Shown here piece by piece: positions 8,264-16,299 of a stretch of 64,000 bases of DNA; the first letter of the stretch is position 1, and each line of letters begins with the position of its first letter. The DNA is from an uncultured cyanobacterium (lineage in GTDB: Bacteria > Cyanobacteriota > Cyanobacteriia > Cyanobacteriales > CAWCAG01): positions 672,001-736,000 of the forward strand of contig CAWCAG010000007.1 in assembly GCA_963793425.1 (NCBI GenBank), given 5' to 3'. The notes beneath the pieces were generated by a model. It made no database searches. It had not been told where the DNA came from and was given only the letters and a program-made list of their open reading frames with translations. A program made the position numbers and the translations under genes.

Positions 8264-9631
8264 TCAGTCATCAGTTATAGAAGTTTTTATTGTTAAGACT
8301 TGGGGAGGGGTGGAATCTGGGGGATAGAGAAACTCGACGGTAACTAAGTCCTGTTCGCCAGGAGGTATAGTTATTGTGGCGAGGGGTTTTCCTTGTTGCC
8401 CCCGTTGTTGAACTAAATGATAATAATGACTGCTGACTATACCCGCTTCGTCCCGATAGCGGACTTTTACTGTTCCCCGGAAAAATACTTGTTTGGCTGG
8501 CGGTTGGAGGAATTGTAAGCCCTCGGCAATTTGGTCTTGTTTAAGGGGGGTTTGTAAGGCGATAGTGACGGTTTGGCTAGTCTCGCTGGGGTTATATAGA
8601 GGCAAATCGAGATTATACTGTACTCCATAGTTACCATGGGCTTTGTAAGCGGTATCAGGATAGCGGACTAAAAGAGGGGCGCTTTGACTTTGCCCAGTGC
8701 CGTAAGTTCCCCCTTCTAAGGTGCTTAAACCGTAGGAGATAGCCTTACCGGGGGTAGGGATGGTTAAAGCTGTAGAACCTGGTGAAGAGTCAGTTAAGGT
8801 TGCTTGCCATTGAGAACCTTGGGCTACTCCAGCTACTCTACCATATATAATCTGTCCGGATTCAGAATCTGGAGGAGTTGGGGCGCGATCGCGAGGAGTT
8901 GCAAGTTTACCTGTTACCAATAGTTGTTCCCATTCTGCTTTGCTAGGTGTTCGTTCCTTTCCTGCTTCATTAGTGGGGGCATACATAGCCAAGCTAGCAG
9001 CATAAACTTCCCCATCACTCTCAAGGCGCATATAGGTGGAACGACCATTAATAGGGGGTTCTAAGGTTTTTACGGGAATAGGTAAGTTTAACAGCATCGC
9101 CGTTTCCCCTGGGGGAATAGTTATTTGTTCGGGGAAAAGCTGTTGACGCTTCCCTCGTAAAATATCTTGCATAACTCTACTACCAGGCCCTGCATAGACA
9201 TTTCCCCGATTGTTTTCTACTAAGGCTGGGAGAGGAACAAAGGGGGCATCAGGTTGGCTTAAATAACTTGCTGCTTGCCAGATATTAATGGTTACTGGTG
9301 TGTCTTCGGTATTTTGGAGAATAATGCCTAAATAAAGAGTTCGTAAATCTCCTGGAGTTGGGGCTGTAGCGACGTGGTGGGCGAAAACATCAAAACGTCC
9401 TTGTAAAGGGAAATTTAAGTGGGCTTCTGAGGTTGCTTTATCATTAGGGTTAAAGGTGGAAAGCAAGATTCCTGGTTCAACTATTAATTCTGGACTGTTG
9501 CTATTAAAAACCGGGATATTATCTAACTGTCCAGGTAAGGGACGAACTTCTTGAGGCTGCACAATTTCTTGAGGAGTCGGAGTTTGAGCGATAAGTTGGG
9601 GAGTAGTAAGAAATGGTAAGAGGAGAAACAT
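8264..9631 (-). CDS. DUF3370 family protein
   Basis: VRPLPGQLD.IPVFNSNSPE...GILLSTF; HGNYGVQY; YPPDSTPPQVLT motifs. Confidence 0.85.
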   Translation of the reverse strand: MFLLLPFLTTPQLIAQTPTPQEIVQPQEVRPLPGQLDNIPVFNSNSPELIVEPGILLSTFNPNDKATSEAHLNFPLQGRFDVFAHHVATAPTPGDLRTLYLGIILQNTEDTPVTINIWQAASYLSQPDAPFVPLPALVENNRGNVYAGPGSRVMQDILRGKRQQLFPEQITIPPGETAMLLNLPIPVKTLEPPINGRSTYMRLESDGEVYAASLAMYAPTNEAGKERTPSKAEWEQLLVTGKLATPRDRAPTPPDSESGQIIYGRVAGVAQGSQWQATLTDSSPGSTALTIPTPGKAISYGLSTLEGGTYGTGQSQSAPLLVRYPDTAYKAHGNYGVQYNLDLPLYNPSETSQTVTIALQTPLKQDQIAEGLQFLQPPAKQVFFRGTVKVRYRDEAGIVSSHYYHLVQQRGQQGKPLATITIPPGEQDLVTVEFLYPPDSTPPQVLTIKTSITDD

Positions 9632-9646
9632 TGGGGTACTAAATTT

Positions 9647-10648
9647 TTAACCTAAAGTGATATTCCTTCTAAAATCATCTAATAAAAAGAAGTCTAAATC
9701 CTCAAAAGTTCCAGCATAAGTAACGGTTTCTTCATCAAAACCTTTTAAGTTAACGATATGTTTTTGAAATCTTTGTTCCGCTATGCCCATATCCGATAAA
9801 TGACTGTAGGTTGTACTGCCTAAAGCAATATCCAAGCCAATTTCTTTTGTGGCAGATTCTAGGCGAAAAGCTGCATTGACAGTATCTCCAATCGCTGTGT
9901 AATCTGGGCGATCGCCTCTGCCAGCATAGTTGCCTACCATAGCATAGCCAGTATTAATCCCCGCACCAATACGTAAAGGGAAAGGCAAGGGATATTGACT
10001 ATTGAGATAATTAGTCATTTTATTAAGATCGCTTACTGCCCGGAAGATTTGCACTACATCTTCTTTGTCAATTTCTTCTTGACGATGAAACCAAATTGCC
10101 ATTACTGCATCGCCAATATACTTATCTACCCAACTTCCAGAATGGCGAATAATATTTCCTGCATCACGAAACCAACTACCAATTAGTGAAGCGAGGATGT
10201 TTTCATCGATCTTTTGAGAAAGGACAGTAAAGTTGCGAATATCAACCACCATAACAGACATCAAACGCCGCACTACCATGGTGGAAGTTAGGGTTTCGCC
10301 GTCTTCTTTTTTGTTATCTTCGGCTTTGCTAGGATCGTTAGGATAATAAAATTCTAGTTCTGTTTGCCCAAAGGTTAAGCGATCGCTATTATGCAAAATA
10401 ACTGGAACACTGACCCGACGGCTATTGACAAAAGAACCATTTCTTGCTCCTAAATCAATTAAATAAAAGTCCCCCGCTTCTGTGCATTGCAACATAGCGT
10501 GGTTACGAGAAATCCAGCGATCAGGGATCACAAAATGGTTGTCGTCGCTGCGACCAACTGTCCAACAATTACCACCTACTAAGGGTAGATAGCGATCGCC
10601 AGTAACGGTATGTAAAAGTAAGTAAGGAGTGCGTCCGAGAGCCACCAC
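9647..10648 (-). CDS. cya1: FHA-domain class III adenylate cyclase (Synechocystis Cya1-like)
   Basis: N-terminal FHA (GR..ISRNHA..RNGSFVN); cyclase motifs VDIRNFT, KYIGDAVM, TAIGDTVNAAFRLES. Confidence 0.85.
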   Translation of the reverse strand: MVALGRTPYLLLHTVTGDRYLPLVGGNCWTVGRSDDNHFVIPDRWISRNHAMLQCTEAGDFYLIDLGARNGSFVNSRRVSVPVILHNSDRLTFGQTELEFYYPNDPSKAEDNKKEDGETLTSTMVVRRLMSVMVVDIRNFTVLSQKIDENILASLIGSWFRDAGNIIRHSGSWVDKYIGDAVMAIWFHRQEEIDKEDVVQIFRAVSDLNKMTNYLNSQYPLPFPLRIGAGINTGYAMVGNYAGRGDRPDYTAIGDTVNAAFRLESATKEIGLDIALGSTTYSHLSDMGIAEQRFQKHIVNLKGFDEETVTYAGTFEDLDFFLLDDFRRNITLG

Positions 10649-10751
10649 AGGTGTCCGATCGATGACGGGTTAAGTAGGTTTATCTTTGGATATCTTCTGG
10701 GGTTAGAGAAGCTATTCCGGAATCTTGTTCATCTTTACTTTGTAATTCGCC

Positions 10752-11489
10752 TTAAATGGTAGATGCTGCCACCCAAAATAGAGTATCTACAACAATTGTA
10801 CTCAATACTGCACCTCCAAATGCCCACCAACTAACTCTTAGTCTTTGCAAAGACCAAAGACCTACCCCCAATAATAAACTCACTAAGATAGCGGCACAGG
10901 TTAAACCCCAAGTATTTTGTACTTGCAAAATAGCGCTTTGGAAGATGGGCGCAACTAAATCTGGTTCCACTTGCATAACTTGTCGCCAGTAAGGTATTAA
11001 GCCTGTTATATAAAAGTATATATCAGTAATAGCTGTGCCAAATAAAGACCCTAGGTAGAATAAACTGCCAACGGTAGCTCGACCTCGCCACAGACACCAA
11101 AGAGCGAACGGTAAACCAATAGCTTCAATGGGTAAGTGAATCAGAGGTTCCCAACGCAACCAACCCCAATAAATTGAGCCAGCTAACCAACTCCAGCTAA
11201 ATCCAAGCAGCAAATCTCCCCAAACTTGAGTAGAGCGGTGTCGAGATAATTGCCAAGAAATAGTTAACCAACCTAATGTTAACAATAAACTGACCCAAGG
11301 TAGCTGACGGACTAAAGGGGCTTGGACAAAAACGGGTACAGAGACAAGGAAGGCAGAAGTCCAAAAAAACAACCACAGTTGGCTGTTTTCTTGATTCTCC
11401 CAGGCAGGAATTTCCACTAATTCTTGGTTTAAAGGTGATAAATAATTTAGGGCGGAGGAGGGGCGAGGGAACCAGTTAAGCTTAAACAA
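10752..11489 (-). CDS. DUF3120 family membrane protein
   Basis: FLVSVPVFVQAPLVR..PW; WLAGSIYWGWLRWEPLIHLPIEA. Confidence 0.8.
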   Translation of the reverse strand: MFKLNWFPRPSSALNYLSPLNQELVEIPAWENQENSQLWLFFWTSAFLVSVPVFVQAPLVRQLPWVSLLLTLGWLTISWQLSRHRSTQVWGDLLLGFSWSWLAGSIYWGWLRWEPLIHLPIEAIGLPFALWCLWRGRATVGSLFYLGSLFGTAITDIYFYITGLIPYWRQVMQVEPDLVAPIFQSAILQVQNTWGLTCAAILVSLLLGVGLWSLQRLRVSWWAFGGAVLSTIVVDTLFWVAASTI

Positions 11490-11732
11490 AATAACTTTAA
11501 TTTTTTTTACTTATCTTTACATATCTACAAAGATAACACCATCGATACCCCTAGGGGGCATATTGATGAGAGTAATATTATTTTGGCGTAAAATCAAGCG
11601 GAAAGGCAAGTACCGATAGAGTATAAAGGTTTTTAGTTATGGTTAGTTATTAATAAATTATTCTCATTTAGTCTTCCAACTTTCTTAACCTTTAGCCCTT
11701 AAACTGAAATTTTTCACCCGCCAGCCTAAGAT

Positions 11733-12704
11733 ATGAACTCAAAAAAACAAAAGTGGTTCAAATTTGCTAGCACAGCAATCCTTGCTCTACTTTCACTTCT
11801 AATCCTAGAGTCTTTATTTGCCAGTCAATCCTTAAGCATCTCAGAAGCATCTACACAAACAGCTAGCCAAATAAATATCTTCCAAGCTGTAGTTTTGGGA
11901 ATGGTGCAAGGTTTAACAGAATTTTTACCCATAAGCAGTACTGCCCATTTGAAAGTTGTACCTATCTTCCTCGGTTGGGGTGATCCTGGAGTTGCTTACA
12001 CCGCCATCATTCAACTAGGTAGCATTGCCGCAGTAGTTTATTACTTTTGGGAAGATTTGACCCAAGTAACTTTAGGAACCTGGCAAGCTATCCGCAAGTC
12101 TGACTATCAATCTCAGGATTTCCGTATTGCCTTGGGTATCGCCATTGGCACTATACCTATTGTTATTTTAGGTTTAGCAATGAAAGCTTTTATTCCTGAC
12201 TTAGATAACTCTCCATTAAGAAGTATGAGCGCGATCGCCATTGCTTCTATTGTGATGGGATTACTTTTGGGGGTTGCAGAACGTCTAGGAGCGCGTCAAA
12301 GAGATTTTGATAACCTCACCACCAAAGATGGGATTTTAATGGGATTAGCCCAAGCCCTAGCCCTAATTCCGGGGGTTTCTCGTTCTGGTTCTACCATTAC
12401 GGCTGGTTTATTCCTCGGTTTAGAAAGAGCAACCGCCGCTCGTTTTTCTTTTCTTTTGGGCATCCCCGCTATTACCTTAGCAGGACTAGTAGAACTCAAG
12501 GATTTGTTGAGTGAAGAAGTAACTAATAGTGAATTGTTACCTTTAATCGTCGGTTTAATTTCTGCTGCTATTTTCTCCTACCTAGCAATTTTTGGTTTAA
12601 TTCGGTATTTACAACAACAAGATACTTGGGTATTTGTTTGGTATCGTTTAGGTTTCGGTCTAATTATCTTATTAGGAGTAACATTAGGTTGGTTTACTGG
12701 TTAA
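11733..12704 (+). CDS. uppP: Undecaprenyl-diphosphate phosphatase
   Basis: VQGLTEFLPISSTAHL and PGVSRSGSTI BacA motifs. Confidence 0.95.
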   Translation: MNSKKQKWFKFASTAILALLSLLILESLFASQSLSISEASTQTASQINIFQAVVLGMVQGLTEFLPISSTAHLKVVPIFLGWGDPGVAYTAIIQLGSIAAVVYYFWEDLTQVTLGTWQAIRKSDYQSQDFRIALGIAIGTIPIVILGLAMKAFIPDLDNSPLRSMSAIAIASIVMGLLLGVAERLGARQRDFDNLTTKDGILMGLAQALALIPGVSRSGSTITAGLFLGLERATAARFSFLLGIPAITLAGLVELKDLLSEEVTNSELLPLIVGLISAAIFSYLAIFGLIRYLQQQDTWVFVWYRLGFGLIILLGVTLGWFTG

Positions 12705-12764
12705 TGGGCGACCCAGTTAAGAATCTGGTTTGTCAAGCATACTTAGGAAACGGGTCGCCCCTAC
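12705..12764 (-). repeat. 60-nt GTAG-initiated palindromic REP-like element, copy 1
   Basis: Minus strand GTAG-GGGCGACCC...GGGTCGCCC; 46/60 identical by hand to 51795-51854. Confidence 0.7.
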
Positions 12765-12891
12765 ATCTAAATTAATCAGTAACCATTGATAACTGTAAAA
12801 AGTGCCTCTATTCAGTTGTCCTGTAAATCCGGATACTGAGATTTTATGGGAGTATTATCTTGAAATCTGAGCATAAATTTGGGAGATAAAA

Positions 12892-13965
12892 GTGTACGGT
12901 TTCCTCCAATCTCTCGGCATTGCTAACCCTCATGGCACTGGCTGGCTGGCTGTAATTTTCACCTTCACCTTGGCTTGGTTTGTCACCAAAGGCTTTATTC
13001 CTTCAGTACGCTCTTTTGCTTTACAAGTTGGTTGGGCAGATCAACCTAATGCCAGAAGATTAAACAAAGAACCCTTACCCAACGTCGGGGGTTTAACTAT
13101 CTATGCTGGAGTAATTGCGGCGCTGGTTTTAGCAACTTCCTTAAGACCGATTGTTATTGAAGGAGTATTAGCAGAAGTACTAACTATTCTCTTGGGGGGT
13201 TCAATATTAGTTTTAGTCGGTTTCATTGATGACCAATTTAGTTTACCCCCATCGTTTCGCCTCTTTACCCAAATTATTACTGCCTTATTGTTGGTAGCCA
13301 GCGATATTCAAATTGAAACGCCCTTGGGTACACCCCTAGATCCCCTCTTTTCCACCTTATTAACAGTGTTGTGGGTGGTAGGCATCACCAATGCCATTAA
13401 CTTAATGGACGGTATGGATGGTTTAGCAGGGGGAGTTAGTTTTATTACAGCGATGAGTTTATTAGCGGTTTCGGCTCAATTTGAAGAAAGGGCCGCAGCC
13501 ACTTTACTTTTAGCAGCATTAGGAGGAGCAGCATTAGGATTTTTGCGCCACAATTTTAATCCTTCTAAAATTATTATGGGGGATGCGGGGGCCTACTTTT
13601 TCGGTTATGTCTTAGCAGCAGCGAGTATTTTAGGAAACTTGAAAGTAACCACTGTCTTTTCTCTTGTACCTACTCTTTCCTTTCTCTTGTTGCCAGTAAT
13701 GGATACAACTCAGGTTTTTGTTCGACGTTTAATGGCAGGAAAAAACCCCTTAAGCACCCCCGGCAAAGATCACCTCCACCACCGTCTTTTAGATTGGGGA
13801 CTATCCCAACGCCACGCCACGATTATCCTTTGGACTATTACCCTACTCTCCAATACTTTAGCAATGGCCCTACAAGGTATGACTCCTTTAATGATTCAAG
13901 TTGCCCTTGCTAGTATTATTATGCTGTTGAGTTTTACAGTTTGGCAGAAGGTTAGGAATGGCTAG
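12892..13965 (+). CDS. MraY/WecA/TagO-family undecaprenyl-phosphate GlcNAc-1-phosphate transferase
   Basis: GFIDD, NAINLMDGMDGLA, HNFNPSKIIMGDAG, DHLHHRL motifs. Confidence 0.9.
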   Translation: MYGFLQSLGIANPHGTGWLAVIFTFTLAWFVTKGFIPSVRSFALQVGWADQPNARRLNKEPLPNVGGLTIYAGVIAALVLATSLRPIVIEGVLAEVLTILLGGSILVLVGFIDDQFSLPPSFRLFTQIITALLLVASDIQIETPLGTPLDPLFSTLLTVLWVVGITNAINLMDGMDGLAGGVSFITAMSLLAVSAQFEERAAATLLLAALGGAALGFLRHNFNPSKIIMGDAGAYFFGYVLAAASILGNLKVTTVFSLVPTLSFLLLPVMDTTQVFVRRLMAGKNPLSTPGKDHLHHRLLDWGLSQRHATIILWTITLLSNTLAMALQGMTPLMIQVALASIIMLLSFTVWQKVRNG

Positions 13966-14016
13966 TAGCTAGTGGCTAATTGCTAATTGCTAATTGCTAA
14001 TTGCTAATTGCTAATT
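13961..14016. repeat. STRR (GCTAATT)n
   Basis: About 8 heptamer copies. Confidence 0.85.
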
Positions 14017-14060
14017 ATTATATCTTCCTAGCTCCCTAGCTCCCCATCACCCATCACCCA

Positions 14061-14696
14061 TCACCCATCACGAAGTGACTTAAACAGAATCGCTGCTTGA
14101 GTGCGATCGCGCAAATTTAAGCGGTTGAGAATACTATTAACATGATTTTTTACCGTACGTTCAGAAATGTAGAGAGTTTCGGCAATTTCACGATTACTTT
14201 GCCCTGCGGCGATTAAACTTAGTACTTCTTGTTCTCTTGGAGTCAGTTTATTTAATTCTGGCGGGGGTTCCGATTCTATTTTAGGGGGAGAAGCCATAAC
14301 TTTTTCAAATAATCCTGGCCCAAGGTGAGTATAGCCTTTATGAACCGAACGTATAGCTTGGGCTAATTCTTCTGAGGGAGTATCCTTTAGCAAATAGCCC
14401 TTTGCCCCATATTGCATTGCTTGGCTAACATACTCATCATCATCAAAAGTTGTTAGTACAACAATTTTAATTTCTGGGGCTTGTTGTTGCAAAGCACGAG
14501 TAGCCGCAACCCCGTCCATTACTGGCATCCGCATATCCATCAGCACCACATCTGGTTGCAAAGCAAGGGCTTTTTCTACTCCCTCTTGACCATTTTCCGC
14601 TTGCCCAACAATCTCTAAGTCAGGCTTATTTTGCAACAAGCTACTTAATCCTTCCCGGACGAGATATTGGTCGTCAATTAGTAAAACCTTAATCAT
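14061..14696 (-). CDS. NarL/LuxR-family response regulator
   Basis: REC domain (DD, VVLMDMRMP, LTTFD, GYLLK) plus LuxR HTH (LTPREQEVL..SNREIA..TVKNH). Confidence 0.95.
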   Translation of the reverse strand: MIKVLLIDDQYLVREGLSSLLQNKPDLEIVGQAENGQEGVEKALALQPDVVLMDMRMPVMDGVAATRALQQQAPEIKIVVLTTFDDDEYVSQAMQYGAKGYLLKDTPSEELAQAIRSVHKGYTHLGPGLFEKVMASPPKIESEPPPELNKLTPREQEVLSLIAAGQSNREIAETLYISERTVKNHVNSILNRLNLRDRTQAAILFKSLRDG

Positions 14697-14731
14697 ACCA
14701 AATCCTGTTTAAATAGCATAAGTTATCAGTG

Positions 14732-14775
14732 AGGGTAGGGAGTAGGGAGTAGGGAGTAGGGAGTAGGGAGTAGGG
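14732..14775. repeat. STRR (GGGAGTA)n
   Basis: About 6 heptamer copies. Confidence 0.85.
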
Positions 14776-14854
14776 TTTGAAAACTTTTTCGGTGAATTTT
14801 GTATTCGGTTTTTAATAACCGGATTTGGGATCATTTATCATTTGCTGTAACAAA

Positions 14855-16141
14855 TTATTCTGCTAATAAGGGAATAGCTACTTGGATTTTACTACCTGCG
14901 CCGGGTTTGCTGATGGTTTGGAACTTTCCGCCTAGGGCTTCTGTACGTTCGCGCATTCCTTTTAAACCAAATCCGGTGGTATTTTGTTCTAAGTTGAAAC
15001 CTTGCCCATTATCTTTAATTATTAAGCTAATTATGTTTTCTTTTTCTTCTAGCTTAAGCCAAACTTGAGTTGCTTGAGCGTGTTTAGAGATATTGGTTAA
15101 GGCTTCTTGAACAATTCGATATAAAGCGATGGTAACTTCTCCTGATAAGGAAGAGTGCAAAGTGATTTGCAAGTTAATAGGTATCTGGTTTGTTTGCTCA
15201 AACTCTTTAGCTAAATCCTTTAAAGCAACCTCCAAAGTTTTGCCCTGGAGAGGATTGGTACGCAAAGTTGCCACCGACTGACGTACATTCCTTAAGGCTT
15301 CTTTGCCTAAACTCCTAGCCCTTTGTAAATAATCCTCAGCTTGAGTAGAATCTTGAGAGAGGAACATGGCGACATTTTCTAGTTGGATGCTCTGCGCCGT
15401 GAGAAAATGCCCCACAGAGTCGTGAATTTCCCGTGCAATGCGGTTCCTTTCTTGTAAAGTAGCTTGGTTTTCAATCAGCAGCGCATATTGTCGCAGGCGG
15501 CGATTAGCTAAAGTTAGCTTCTGACGACTTTGTTTTTCTCCTAACAAAGCCCCAACTAGCAGCACAACAAAAACTAAAACTAAGGCAAAAAGCAGTGCAG
15601 AATTAAGGATTTGGTTGGTTAGAAAACTTTGTTGAAACTCTGGGGGCAATCTACGCGCACCTGGAGGTAATATGGGTCTTAATAGAGGAACTCCGAAAGG
15701 ACGAATCCCTGAAAAAGAGACAATGAACATTAAAAGGAAGGAAGCATAGGCAGATAGGGCAACGATAAAGCGCCCACTCCAAGGAAACAACAAACAGCCA
15801 CGAATTACTACTACCAGCAGCAGCGGTGGAAAAACGTTTTGCCCTTTGCCTACTAATAAAATTGCTAACCAACTTAAAGTAAATCCTAAAACAGTGTAGA
15901 GAATTTGCCAGAGTCGAGAGTTTCCCGGCAAGCGTAACCCAAAGCATCCCAAAGCAAGAATACTCGCTGATGCAGCCAAAGGAAAGCCTGGTGATAGCAA
16001 ATGTTTTCTAGCACCAGGAGGCAATGGCTGAGGCGGCTGCAAATGAGTTAAGGGTGATAATGCAGCTAAGACTGCAATACCTAGAAGAACCCACTCAAGG
16101 TAAAGTAGAATCTGGAAAGGATGGTCTTTGCTATCAGACAT
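14855..16141 (-). CDS. Membrane sensor histidine kinase (HisKA_3 type)
   Basis: Several TM helices; ERNRIAREIHDSVGH; QEALTNISKHA; DNGQGF; GFGLKGMRER. Confidence 0.95.
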   Translation of the reverse strand: MSDSKDHPFQILLYLEWVLLGIAVLAALSPLTHLQPPQPLPPGARKHLLSPGFPLAASASILALGCFGLRLPGNSRLWQILYTVLGFTLSWLAILLVGKGQNVFPPLLLVVVIRGCLLFPWSGRFIVALSAYASFLLMFIVSFSGIRPFGVPLLRPILPPGARRLPPEFQQSFLTNQILNSALLFALVLVFVVLLVGALLGEKQSRQKLTLANRRLRQYALLIENQATLQERNRIAREIHDSVGHFLTAQSIQLENVAMFLSQDSTQAEDYLQRARSLGKEALRNVRQSVATLRTNPLQGKTLEVALKDLAKEFEQTNQIPINLQITLHSSLSGEVTIALYRIVQEALTNISKHAQATQVWLKLEEKENIISLIIKDNGQGFNLEQNTTGFGLKGMRERTEALGGKFQTISKPGAGSKIQVAIPLLAE

Positions 16142-16202
16142 AAGTACCTAGATAGAACAACTCTGGTTACTAAAAAACCGTGATTAAATTAGAGCTAAAA
16201 CT

Positions 16203-16251
16203 AGACTTATAGTTAATGAAATAAAGTAGACAATAATGCCAAGATTATAAT
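16203..16251 (+). promoter_or_regulatory. Copy of the effector upstream motif ahead of the C39-like effector
   Basis: agacttatagttAATGAAatAAAGTAGAcaataATGcCAagATtataat matches the array motif. Confidence 0.65.
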
Positions 16252-16299
16252 GATTAGGTCTTGGTAATGTTTAATGTTTAATGATAAATGGTATTAGTT

